The notes under the pieces were generated by a model. It was given only the letters and a program-made list of their open reading frames with translations. It was not told the DNA's origin and ran no database searches. A DNA stretch of 32,000 nt, taken from contig NC_014729.1 of the NCBI RefSeq assembly GCF_000172995.2, positions 1,620,001 through 1,652,000 on the forward strand, read 5' to 3'. Position numbers and translations under genes: made by a program. Each line of letters opens with the position of its first letter. The first letter of the stretch is position 1. This document shows positions 1 through 7,619 of this stretch, piece after piece. This stretch comes from Halogeometricum borinquense DSM 11551 (GTDB lineage Archaea; Halobacteriota; Halobacteria; Halobacteriales; Haloferacaceae).

Positions 1-1051
1 CCGGCAGGTCGTCCCGGTCGGCGTGGTCTAAGAGGAAGAAATCGCGCGTGATGTCCGTCGGGTCCTCCGTCCCCGTTCCCGGCGGTTCGTAAAGCGGACG
101 GACCCCCCAGAACGAGCGAATCGTCCGCGCTTCGCTCAGCATCGGCACGAGTTCCGAGAGTGTATCGATCATCAGATCGACTTCCCACCCTTCCTCGGGG
201 TAGTCTTCGGGGTCATCGACTTCTTCGTCGGTGGTGCCGAGGATGCACGTCGTCTCGTGCGGGACGACGATATCGGCGTCGCCTTTCGGCCGACAGCGGT
301 TGACGACCGTATCGACTTGCCGCACGTTCATGATGGTCATGACGCCCTTCGAGGGGCGAACCGCCACATCGACGCCCGCCATGTCGCCGATTTGCCCGGC
401 CCACGCGCCCGTTGCGTTCACGACGTAGTCGGCGTACAGTTTTTCCCGCGTTCCGGGTTCGCCCTCGGCGATTCCGAGGTCTGCCTCCCCGTGTTCGACT
501 TCGACACCGACGACTTCGCCGTCTTCGATGAGCACGTCAACGACTTCGGCGTGCGTCTCGACGCGGGCACCGTGATCGATGGCGTCGGCGGCGTTGGCGA
601 CACAGAGACGGAACGGATCAATCGCGCCGTCGGGGACGCGGATGGCTCGTTTGATGTCCTCTGCGAGGTACGGTTCCATCTCGCGGGCCTCTTCGGCGGA
701 GAGAACTTCGGCCGGGATGCCACACTCGCGGCACCCTTCTAACTTCTCCTCGAAGTAGTCGTCGCTGTCCTCGGGCCGTTGGACGAACAGACCGCCGGTC
801 ATCTCCACGCAGTGACTTGCGATCCGTCGCAGGACGCGGTTTTCTTCGATACACTCTGTCGCGGACGGCTGGTCAGAGACGGCGTATCGTCCCCCACTGT
901 GGAGTAAGCCGTGCATCCGGCCCGTCGTCCCGTGTGTCAGGTTCCCCTTCTCGACGAGAGTCACGTCGAGTCCGCGCATCGCAAGGTCGCGTACGATGCC
1001 GCACCCGGTTGACCCGCCGCCGATGACGAGGACGCTCGGCGTTTCGGTCAT
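1..1051 (-). CDS. glpA: Anaerobic glycerol-3-phosphate dehydrogenase subunit A (GlpA/GpdA type), N-terminal ~350 aa. The 3' end lies outside the window.
   Basis: This ORF is absent from the ORF track because it has no stop codon inside the window. My reverse-strand translation from the ATG at 1051-1049 reads [58 protein letters not shown]... and I met no stop down to the left edge. The N-terminal GGGxxG FAD fold and the [13 protein letters not shown] block are typical of GlpA-type FAD enzymes. Confidence 0.85.
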   Translation of the reverse strand, partial: MTETPSVLVIGGGSTGCGIVRDLAMRGLDVTLVEKGNLTHGTTGRMHGLLHSGGRYAVSDQPSATECIEENRVLRRIASHCVEMTGGLFVQRPEDSDDYFEEKLEGCRECGIPAEVLSAEEAREMEPYLAEDIKRAIRVPDGAIDPFRLCVANAADAIDHGARVETHAEVVDVLIEDGEVVGVEVEHGEADLGIAEGEPGTREKLYADYVVNATGAWAGQIGDMAGVDVAVRPSKGVMTIMNVRQVDTVVNRCRPKGDADIVVPHETTCILGTTDEEVDDPEDYPEEGWEVDLMIDTLSELVPMLSEARTIRSFWGVRPLYEPPGTGTEDPTDITRDFFLLDHADRDDLP

Positions 1052-1400
1052 CTCACCTTCGACAGGTGGGACTGCCAGCACTTTATTTTACCTCTCGACG
1101 GGCACCACTAGTAAATTAATTATCCGCCGACTGTTCTGTAGTGTGACTGGTTCATAGACGCCGTATACGGCTGTATATGGCGAATTAGCATCGAAGTACT
1201 GTCTCTACAGCCAAAAACACGAATAAACGATCATAATAGTTACTGGAGCCGTTACTTATCGAAGAGGACTCTCTTAGAACACGTCGATTAATGGCCGAAT
1301 CAGCGACTGTCACTGAATATATTCGGCCCAGAAAATAGATATCGATACCGGGAGTTTTTATCGATCCTCGAAGAACCTCGCAACGACACCCGGAACGACG
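1052..1400. promoter_or_regulatory. AT-rich divergent intergenic region between glpA and the Orc1/Cdc6-like gene
   Basis: The region is visibly AT-rich compared with the flanking coding DNA. It holds a perfect 10-bp palindrome CCGTATACGG (1161-1170). It also holds the 8-bp inverted repeat GGCCGAAT...ATTCGGCC (the second arm is at 1321-1328) and the palindrome TATCGATA (1340-1347) with a second ATCGAT about 20 bp downstream. No ORF with coding-like composition is present. Confidence 0.5.
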
Positions 1401-2582
1401 ATGAGACTTACTGACCGAATCGACCGACGACGACGACGCGGGGACGGGACTCACCGACTCGTCCGCGACCTGTCCGCGCTGAACCCGACGCACCACCTCA
1501 CAGAACCGGTCGGCCGTGGACCGACGCTCGAACGACTCCTCGACCGACTCGACCCCGCATTCGACGGCCGCCTCCCCGAGAGCTTCTGCGTCGTCGGGCC
1601 GAAAGGCGCTGGAAAGTCCGCGGTCGTGGCCGCGTTGTTCGAACATCTCGCCGCGACGGCACCGACTCAACACGGTGCTATACAGACGACGACGCGTGCT
1701 GCAACGTCTGCGGTCACCGAGTTCGCCGCCGTTGACGCGCGCGCCGCGGATTCAGAATTTGCGCTTCTCCGCGCCGTCCTCGCTGCCGTCGCCGATGACG
1801 CCGTCCCCGAACGGGGCGTCGGCACCGCTGCCCTCCGTGACAGACTCCGCGACGAACTCGACCGGTTTCGCCGTCTCGTCGTCGCCGTCGATCACGTGGG
1901 AGAATCGAAGACAGTCACGCTCGAAACACTCGATTCGACGTTCGAGGAGATGTCGCCGGCACTCTCGTACGTCGCCGTCGGGCGTGCGTTTCCCGACGCC
2001 CACGTCGAATCGGTCGAAGTGCCCCGATACGAACGGCACGCACTCGTGGACGTGTTGACCAGACGGGCCTCGGACGGACTCGTCCGCGACGGCATTGACC
2101 ACGAAACAGTGAGCGAGGTGGCCGCGTGGGCTGACGGCGACGCTCACGATGGACTCGCGGCCCTGTTCAGCGCGGCCGTCGTCGCTACAGACGACGGAGC
2201 GACGCGCATCGGCTCCTCGCACGTCGCTGCGGGATGCGATGCAGTACCCGAAGATGGCTGTGCGCTCGGCCGCGTCTTTGCTCTCCCGGCGAGTCGTCGT
2301 CGCGTACTCGCCGTCCTCGCATCGTTAGACCCTGCAGACTGTTCTTCGGTCACCGTTGCCGCTGATGCCATCGCCGCGCATCCGTCAGTTGACCTCTCGG
2401 CCGCGACGGTGAAACGCGTCCTCTACGAACTCGCTGATGACGGCATTGTCCGCCGTGTGGATACCGGTCTGGGAGATGACGGTCCCGGCCGCCCGCCGAC
2501 CCGTCCGGAACCGAACTTTCCGACGACCGTCTTCGACCGACTCGGCGGGGCCGGTGACAGTGTGACCCGTTCCGAGCGGTGA
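1401..2582 (+). CDS. Divergent Orc1/Cdc6-like AAA+ ATPase with a C-terminal winged-helix region
   Basis: Orc1/Cdc6 layout: LTEPVGRGPTLERLLDRLDP precedes the Walker A motif GPKGAGKS. The Walker-B-like strand is LVVAVDHVGE, with DH instead of DE. A GDAHDGL block sits where Orc1 has GDAR. The C-terminal ASRRRVLAVLASL...TVKRVLYELADDGIVRR resembles the winged-helix DNA-binding domain. Confidence 0.6.
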   Translation: MRLTDRIDRRRRRGDGTHRLVRDLSALNPTHHLTEPVGRGPTLERLLDRLDPAFDGRLPESFCVVGPKGAGKSAVVAALFEHLAATAPTQHGAIQTTTRAATSAVTEFAAVDARAADSEFALLRAVLAAVADDAVPERGVGTAALRDRLRDELDRFRRLVVAVDHVGESKTVTLETLDSTFEEMSPALSYVAVGRAFPDAHVESVEVPRYERHALVDVLTRRASDGLVRDGIDHETVSEVAAWADGDAHDGLAALFSAAVVATDDGATRIGSSHVAAGCDAVPEDGCALGRVFALPASRRRVLAVLASLDPADCSSVTVAADAIAAHPSVDLSAATVKRVLYELADDGIVRRVDTGLGDDGPGRPPTRPEPNFPTTVFDRLGGAGDSVTRSER

Positions 2583-2612
2583 TTCTTTTTTCTCCCCCAC
2601 CGAACGCCGACC

Positions 2613-3290
2613 ATGGCTTCAGACGTGCCGCCGCTCGTTCTCGACATCGATGGGACGCTCACCGATGAACCCGGTCGCCTCGACCCGCGCGCGTTCGACG
2701 TGCTTCCCTCGTGGGATGCCCCTGTCGTCCTCGCGACGGGCAAATCGTTCCCGTATCCGGTCAGTTTGTGTCACTATCTTGGCCTCGAACGGAACGTTGT
2801 TGCGGAGAACGGGGGCGTCGTCCTCGCTAACGGCGAGGTGACGTACACCGGCGACAAGGAACGCGCACAGGCCGTCGCAGACGAGTTTGTCGCCCGCGGC
2901 GGTGACCTCGGTTGGGGTTCGTTTGACGATACGAACTACTGGCGCGAGACCGAGATTGCGGTGAGTCTCGCGGCCGACGAGAAACTCCTCCGCGAAGTCG
3001 CCACCGAATACGAGATGGACGTTATCGACACGGGGTACGCCTACCACGTCAAGACGCCCGGCGTCGAGAAAGGAATCGGGTTCAAGCGACTCTGCGAGAC
3101 GTTATCGATGGATCCGGACGAGTTCGTCGCCGTCGGTGACAGTACGAATGATACGTCCACGTTCGGCGTCGTCGGCCAGTCCTACGCCGTCGCCAACGCC
3201 GACGAGGCGGCGAAGGCCGCCGCCGACGAGGTCCTCTCTGCGTCGTACATGGACGGGACGCTCTCAGTGCTGGAATCAATCCAAGAGTAA
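2613..3290 (+). CDS. HAD-superfamily phosphatase (archaeal phosphoglycolate phosphatase / Cof-like type)
   Basis: HAD motif I is LDIDGTLTD. The sequence continues with VVLATGKSFPY...VVAENGGVV, and motif IV is VAVGDSTND. The size of 225 aa fits the family. Confidence 0.8.
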   Translation: MASDVPPLVLDIDGTLTDEPGRLDPRAFDVLPSWDAPVVLATGKSFPYPVSLCHYLGLERNVVAENGGVVLANGEVTYTGDKERAQAVADEFVARGGDLGWGSFDDTNYWRETEIAVSLAADEKLLREVATEYEMDVIDTGYAYHVKTPGVEKGIGFKRLCETLSMDPDEFVAVGDSTNDTSTFGVVGQSYAVANADEAAKAAADEVLSASYMDGTLSVLESIQE

Positions 3291-3299
3291 CGCTCTCAG

Positions 3300-3372
3300 G
3301 CGCTTTCCGGTCGCTCACTTACTCACTCACTTATTCACTTACCCACATACTTACCAACTCCCTCACCGACAC
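3300..3372. repeat. Low-complexity CT/CA-rich tract with reiterated TCACTTA / CTCAC units in a convergent intergenic spacer
   Basis: The sequence reads ...GCTCACTTACTCACTCACTTATTCACTTACCCACATACTTACCAACTCCCTCACCGACACTCACTC... between the HAD stop (3290) and the cutA stop (3373). One strand has almost no G. Confidence 0.6.
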
Positions 3373-3705
3373 TCACTCGACGCCGTCGCCTTCGTCTTCG
3401 CCGTCGGCCGTCGCGCCTTCGACCCACGCCGCGTACGCGGGGAGAACGTCGTCTTCATCGAACCGTTCGATGCAGGGGACATCGTACGGATGCAACTCCG
3501 TGATTCGCTTGCGGAGTTCGCCGTAGCGCTCCGCCGTCGTCTTCGCCAAGAGAATCACCTCTGACTCGTCGAACACCTCGCCGTCCCATCGGTACACCGA
3601 CTCACAGGCGACGCGGTTGACGCAGGCGGCGAGTCGTTCTTCAACGAGAGTGTGCGCGATATCCTCGGCGTGGTCCGACGGCGCGGTAACGTAGACAGTT
3701 GGCAC
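3373..3705 (-). CDS. cutA: Divalent-cation tolerance protein CutA
   Basis: 110 aa. LAACVNRV...ESVYRWDGEV...E.ILLAKT...LHPYDVPCI...AYAAWV matches the conserved CutA1 core. Confidence 0.85.
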   Translation of the reverse strand: MPTVYVTAPSDHAEDIAHTLVEERLAACVNRVACESVYRWDGEVFDESEVILLAKTTAERYGELRKRITELHPYDVPCIERFDEDDVLPAYAAWVEGATADGEDEGDGVE

Positions 3706-3711
3706 GAGTTC

Positions 3712-3915
3712 TCAGGCGTGTGCGTTCTTATCTTCGAACGGCGCGAACGTTCCGTTGATGTCCCACTCGTGGATACAGTAGGGACTCCCGACTTGCCGTT
3801 CGCCGTCCGCTTCAACCACGCGCCAGGTCGTCTGCGCGGCGTCCCATCGTTCGACGCGACCGCATCGCTCACAGGTTCGTTTCGTCGGCGTGCGGAGTTT
3901 CGGTTCGCTCATCAC
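3712..3915 (-). CDS. Small conserved haloarchaeal HEWD-motif protein
   Basis: 67 aa with CERCG near the N-terminus and YCIHEWDINGTF near the C-terminus. The composition is acidic. It lies 6 nt upstream of cutA on the same strand, so the two are probably co-transcribed. Confidence 0.6.
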   Translation of the reverse strand: MMSEPKLRTPTKRTCERCGRVERWDAAQTTWRVVEADGERQVGSPYCIHEWDINGTFAPFEDKNAHA

Positions 3916-4064
3916 TACGTCGAACGACGGTTCGGAGAGTTAAGTTTGCTTCTCCGGCAGAGCTACCGAGTGCGAGACCGCAGATTCAGACCGTGTTAGT
4001 GTGACCGCAGATCTCGGTATCGATGGGGCCGCAGGTTTAGGTTGTATCGAACAGAACGCCTCCC

Positions 4065-4622
4065 ATGGGCTTTCACACGTTCGACGTTGACCGCGCCGAA
4101 AATCTCGATGACGAGGGGCGGTATCGGTACTGCTCGCGTGAGGAACTCCTCTCGCTCTTGCGTCCGAACCCGGACGCCGTCGTCGCGGACTTCGGGAGTG
4201 GAACCGGTTTCTACACCGACGACGTGGCACCGCACGTCGGCACGTGCTACGCCGTGGACGTACAGTCTGAGATGCACGAGTTCTACCGTCAGAAGGGGGC
4301 ACCCGACACCGTCACGTTCGTCACGGCGGACGTGTCTTCGCTCCCGTTCGCTGACGACGAACTCGACGCGGCGTTTTCGACGATGACGTATCACGAGTTC
4401 GCGTCCGACGACGCAGTCGCAGAACTCGCACGTGTCGTGAAACCCGGTGGGCGCGTCGTTACCGTCGATTGGACGAAAGCCGGCGACGGCGAGTCCGGTC
4501 CGCCAACCGACGAACGCTACGGACTAGGCGATGCCGTGACCGCCTTCGAGGCGCACGGCTTTGACGTGATCCGAGCGACGACCCGCCGGGAGACGTTCGT
4601 CTGCGTCGCACGAAACAGGTAA
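4065..4622 (+). CDS. Class I SAM-dependent methyltransferase
   Basis: SAM-binding motif I is VADFGSGTGFYT. It is followed by an acidic beta-2 end (YAVDV) and a VKPGGRVV motif. The size of 185 aa fits the family. Confidence 0.8.
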   Translation: MGFHTFDVDRAENLDDEGRYRYCSREELLSLLRPNPDAVVADFGSGTGFYTDDVAPHVGTCYAVDVQSEMHEFYRQKGAPDTVTFVTADVSSLPFADDELDAAFSTMTYHEFASDDAVAELARVVKPGGRVVTVDWTKAGDGESGPPTDERYGLGDAVTAFEAHGFDVIRATTRRETFVCVARNR

Positions 4623-4735
4623 GATACAGACGTACGTCGAGAAATATGCGAAAACACTAGTGATATATTGAGGTAAATTCCGAATACAGTTGTGTCAGGG
4701 CAACGTTTATCTCTCTTTGTGTGTGAGTAATTAAC

Positions 4736-4891
4736 ATGGTGTTGACGCACACGGATGTGGACCCGTACAGTCCAACGGAGAGCTACTACGAGTGTCGTGA
4801 CTGTGGCGCACGCACCACAGGAAAACCGATCACGACCTGTGAGGAGTGCGGAAGCGACGCCTTGTTCAACCTCTCGGTCCCACGGGAGTAA
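4736..4891 (+). CDS. 51-aa zinc-ribbon (rubrerythrin-like domain) micro-protein
   Basis: This ORF falls below the size cut-off of the ORF track. My translation is MVLTHTDVDPYSPTESYYECRDCGARTTGKPITTCEECGSDALFNLSVPRE, with two CxxCG knuckles and an acidic composition. A TATA-like TTTATC lies about 25-30 nt upstream of the ATG. The overlapping track ORF at 4755-4937 is Arg-rich and looks like a shadow frame. Confidence 0.55.
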   Translation: MVLTHTDVDPYSPTESYYECRDCGARTTGKPITTCEECGSDALFNLSVPRE

Positions 4892-4963
4892 CCTGCGCCA
4901 CTCCGCACTCGTTCAGACGAACCGTACGTACGATTAGATCGACCGCGAACGTCTATCTCATCC

Positions 4964-5998
4964 TCAGTCGAGACCTCCACTCGGGGTGGTCTCATCTCCA
5001 GTTTCGTCGTCTATCGTGTCGTCGTTAATCTCTGCGAGCCCCGCATAGCGGTCCACGAGGAGCACAGCGCCAGCGCCGACGATTGCCATCGCGGCGAAGA
5101 TAGCGTACGCTTCCGTCGTCCAGACGCGACCCAACTCAGCGAGATTCTCTCCCGTCTTGGCAACGGGTGCGCGCAGTGCGCCGACGATGAGGGCGACGAG
5201 GAACGCGAGCGTCGGCTTGCGGTGGTGTTCGAGTGCCCATCGAACGGCGTGTGCGATGGTGAATAGGCCGATAACGGCACCGAGCATGAACGCAACGACG
5301 ATCAGACCGCTTTCTGTGACAGGTGTCGTTGACCCGCCGACGACCAGTCCGAGGAGGCCATCGACGAACGACTTCAGCGCACCGGACATGTACTCGTACT
5401 GGCCGAGAAGGATGAGCAACAGCGATCCCGAGATACCGGGGAGAATCATCGCGCTGACGGCTATCGCTCCCGCGAGAACGGTAACGGGAAGCCCCGTTCC
5501 GAGCGAGGTTCCCGCCTGGCCGGAAGCGACAAACGCGAAGACGAACCCGGCGATGGCGGCACCGATTCGGCCGGGCGTGTTGACTTCGACTTCGGTGAAC
5601 AGCACCCACGCCGAGGCGGCGATGAGACCGAAGAAGAACCCGAATGTGAGGACCGGGTAGGTGTTGATTCCGATGTGCATGACGCGAGTGATGCTTGTGA
5701 CGGAGACAGCGATACCAGCCCCCAGGGCGATGAGGAACCCAACGTCCATTTTCTTGAGTGCCGCGATTGCGTCCCCCCGTCGTTCGGGGACGACACCGCC
5801 GAGAACGGCCATGATTCGGCCGGGCGAGATGGCTGTCACAGCCGCGATAAGTCGTTCGTAGATACCGGTTATGAGTGCGATGGTACCGCCGGAAACGCCG
5901 GGGACAGCGTCTGCAGCTCCCATGCAAATACCTTTGATGAAAATGACAACCCACGAGGAATTGAGTTGTCCGCGAGCATCGTCCGAGGGCTTCGACAT
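4964..5998 (-). CDS. DUF368-family polytopic membrane protein (the family of bacterial polyprenyl-phosphate translocase PopT)
   Basis: The conserved N-terminal block MGAADAVPGVSGGTIALITGIYERLI is followed by multiple hydrophobic helices. I prefer the internal start MSKPSDD (ATG at 5998-5996) over the track start at 6076, whose extra 26 aa look non-coding-like. Confidence 0.75.
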   Translation of the reverse strand: MSKPSDDARGQLNSSWVVIFIKGICMGAADAVPGVSGGTIALITGIYERLIAAVTAISPGRIMAVLGGVVPERRGDAIAALKKMDVGFLIALGAGIAVSVTSITRVMHIGINTYPVLTFGFFFGLIAASAWVLFTEVEVNTPGRIGAAIAGFVFAFVASGQAGTSLGTGLPVTVLAGAIAVSAMILPGISGSLLLILLGQYEYMSGALKSFVDGLLGLVVGGSTTPVTESGLIVVAFMLGAVIGLFTIAHAVRWALEHHRKPTLAFLVALIVGALRAPVAKTGENLAELGRVWTTEAYAIFAAMAIVGAGAVLLVDRYAGLAEINDDTIDDETGDETTPSGGLD

Positions 5999-6147
5999 GC
6001 GCAGTCGTTTGTCGCCCGGGTACTCCCATGTTTCGCTCCGCACGACAGTCTGCGACGTGTCGCAGTTCGGCGCCACTCGGACGGATCGGTGTCAGACGCC
6101 GCGACCAAGGAGAATGTTGAAACGCTCACGGTGAGTGCAACACGACA

Positions 6148-7440
6148 ATGGAAATCAGTATCATCGGCAGTGGGTACGTTGGAACGACTATCGCCGCCTG
6201 CTTCGCTGATGTCGGCCACAACGTGGTGAACGTGGACATCGACGAGGAGATCGTAGAGACGCTGAACAGCGGCAACTCGCCAATCCACGAACCCAGCCTC
6301 GACGAACGTATCGAAGAGCACGCCGGAGACCGACTCCGCGCGACCACCGACTACGATGCCATTCTCGACACCGACGTGACGTTCCTCGCCCTCTCGACAC
6401 CCTCCACGGACGACGGCCACATCGATCTCTCGGTGATGGAGGCAGGGGCGAAATCGCTCGGCGCGACGCTCGCGGAGAAAGACGACTACCACCTCGTCGT
6501 CACGAAAAGTACTGTCGTGCCGACGACGACGGAAGAGGTTATCGCCCCGATTCTCGAAGAACACTCGGGCAAGACCGTCGGTGAGGACTTCGATGTGGGG
6601 ATGAACCCCGAGTTCCTCCGCGAGGGGTCGGCCGTAGACGACTTCCTCGACCCCGACAAGGTCGTCCTCGGGTCACACACCGACCGCGCGGCCGAACGAC
6701 TTCGCGGCGTGTTCGACCCGCTCCTCGAACGCGCACCGGACGCCTCTCTCGTTGAGACGGGCATCCGCGAGGCCGAGATGATCAAGTACGCCAACAACGC
6801 GTTCCTCGCAGCGAAGATTTCGCTCGTCAACGACCTCGCTAACATCTGCAAAGAGTACGAAGTAGACACTGATGAGGTACTGGACGCTATCGGTCTCGAC
6901 TCCCGTATCGGTTCGGAGTTCCTCGGTGCGGGCGTCGGATGGGGTGGCAGTTGCTTCCCGAAAGACGTCGCCGCCATCGTCGCCGCCGCCCGCGACGTGG
7001 GCTACGAACCCGCGATGCTCGATGCGGCCGTCGAGGTGAACGACAACCAACCGGTTCGGATGCTCGACATTCTCCGTGACCACGCTGATCCAGACGGTGC
7101 CCGAATCGCCGTCCTCGGACTCGCGTTCAAACCGGGGACTGACGACGTGCGCAACTCCCGCGCGATTCCGCTCATTGACGCGCTCCTTGACGCAGGTGCC
7201 GACGTGGTCGGATACGACCCAGTAGCGACCGAGAACTTCCGCGATAAGTTCCCCGACCTCGACTACGCCGACTCGGCAGAAAGCGCACTCGACGGTGCCG
7301 ATGCCGCGCTCGTCGTCACCGACTGGGACGAGTTCGCCGCACTGGACGACGAGTTCGACGCGATGGCCGACGCCGTCGTCGTGGACGGTCGGAACATCGT
7401 CACGCGACGTGAAGGTATCGTCTACGAGTCACTCGTCTGA
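6148..7440 (+). CDS. aglM: UDP-glucose 6-dehydrogenase (nucleotide-sugar dehydrogenase)
   Basis: The N-terminal Rossmann motif is IIGSGYVGT. The catalytic-Cys block is GWGGSCFPKD. The C-terminal block is GLAFKPGTDDVRNSRA. The size is 430 aa. The position next to aglB matches Haloferax volcanii. Confidence 0.9.
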   Translation: MEISIIGSGYVGTTIAACFADVGHNVVNVDIDEEIVETLNSGNSPIHEPSLDERIEEHAGDRLRATTDYDAILDTDVTFLALSTPSTDDGHIDLSVMEAGAKSLGATLAEKDDYHLVVTKSTVVPTTTEEVIAPILEEHSGKTVGEDFDVGMNPEFLREGSAVDDFLDPDKVVLGSHTDRAAERLRGVFDPLLERAPDASLVETGIREAEMIKYANNAFLAAKISLVNDLANICKEYEVDTDEVLDAIGLDSRIGSEFLGAGVGWGGSCFPKDVAAIVAAARDVGYEPAMLDAAVEVNDNQPVRMLDILRDHADPDGARIAVLGLAFKPGTDDVRNSRAIPLIDALLDAGADVVGYDPVATENFRDKFPDLDYADSAESALDGADAALVVTDWDEFAALDDEFDAMADAVVVDGRNIVTRREGIVYESLV

Positions 7441-7453
7441 TCGGCATCGGTGG

Positions 7454-7489
7454 TCCCACACGATTCGTTGATCCCACACGATTCGTTGA
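7454..7489. repeat. Perfect 18-bp tandem duplication (TCCCACACGATTCGTTGA x2) in the aglM/aglB convergent spacer
   Basis: The two copies were read directly at 7454-7471 and 7472-7489 and are identical. Confidence 0.9.
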
Positions 7490-7592
7490 TCTAAGAGTTG
7501 TGGCCTGAATTCGTCTCTAACCGGGCGCGGCTTCTGTTTTATGTTACTCCGAGGAGCGGACGCACCGCTTTCGGTCTCGATTGTGGGTGACT

Positions 7593-7608
7593 GAAAGAAA
7601 GAAAAAAC
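7593..7608 (-). terminator. Putative oligo-T terminator of aglB
   Basis: On the minus strand the sequence TCGTTTTTTCTTTCTTTCAG starts about 12 nt after the aglB TAG stop (7620-7622). Archaeal terminators are typically T-runs. Confidence 0.4.
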
Positions 7609-7619
7609 GACGCGTTGCG

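Noticed and set aside
213-1026. Several 60-160 aa ORFs on both strands in the first kilobase.
   Set aside because: All of them overlap the open, motif-rich GlpA frame on the minus strand, which the track omits because it has no stop in the window. Their compositions look non-coding.
1052-1400. A possible replication origin next to the Orc1/Cdc6-like gene.
   Set aside because: The region is AT-rich and has short palindromes. However, I could not find repeated ORB-like elements flanking an unwinding region, and the adjacent Orc paralog is degenerate. I therefore treat it as a promoter/regulatory spacer and leave the origin as a low-priority hypothesis.
5136-6029. A 297-aa minus-strand ORF and the plus-strand ORFs at 5157-6229, all overlapping the DUF368 gene.
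   Set aside because: These are alternative frames of the DUF368 gene. They are Arg/His-rich and have no membrane or domain features, whereas the DUF368 frame carries the family signature.
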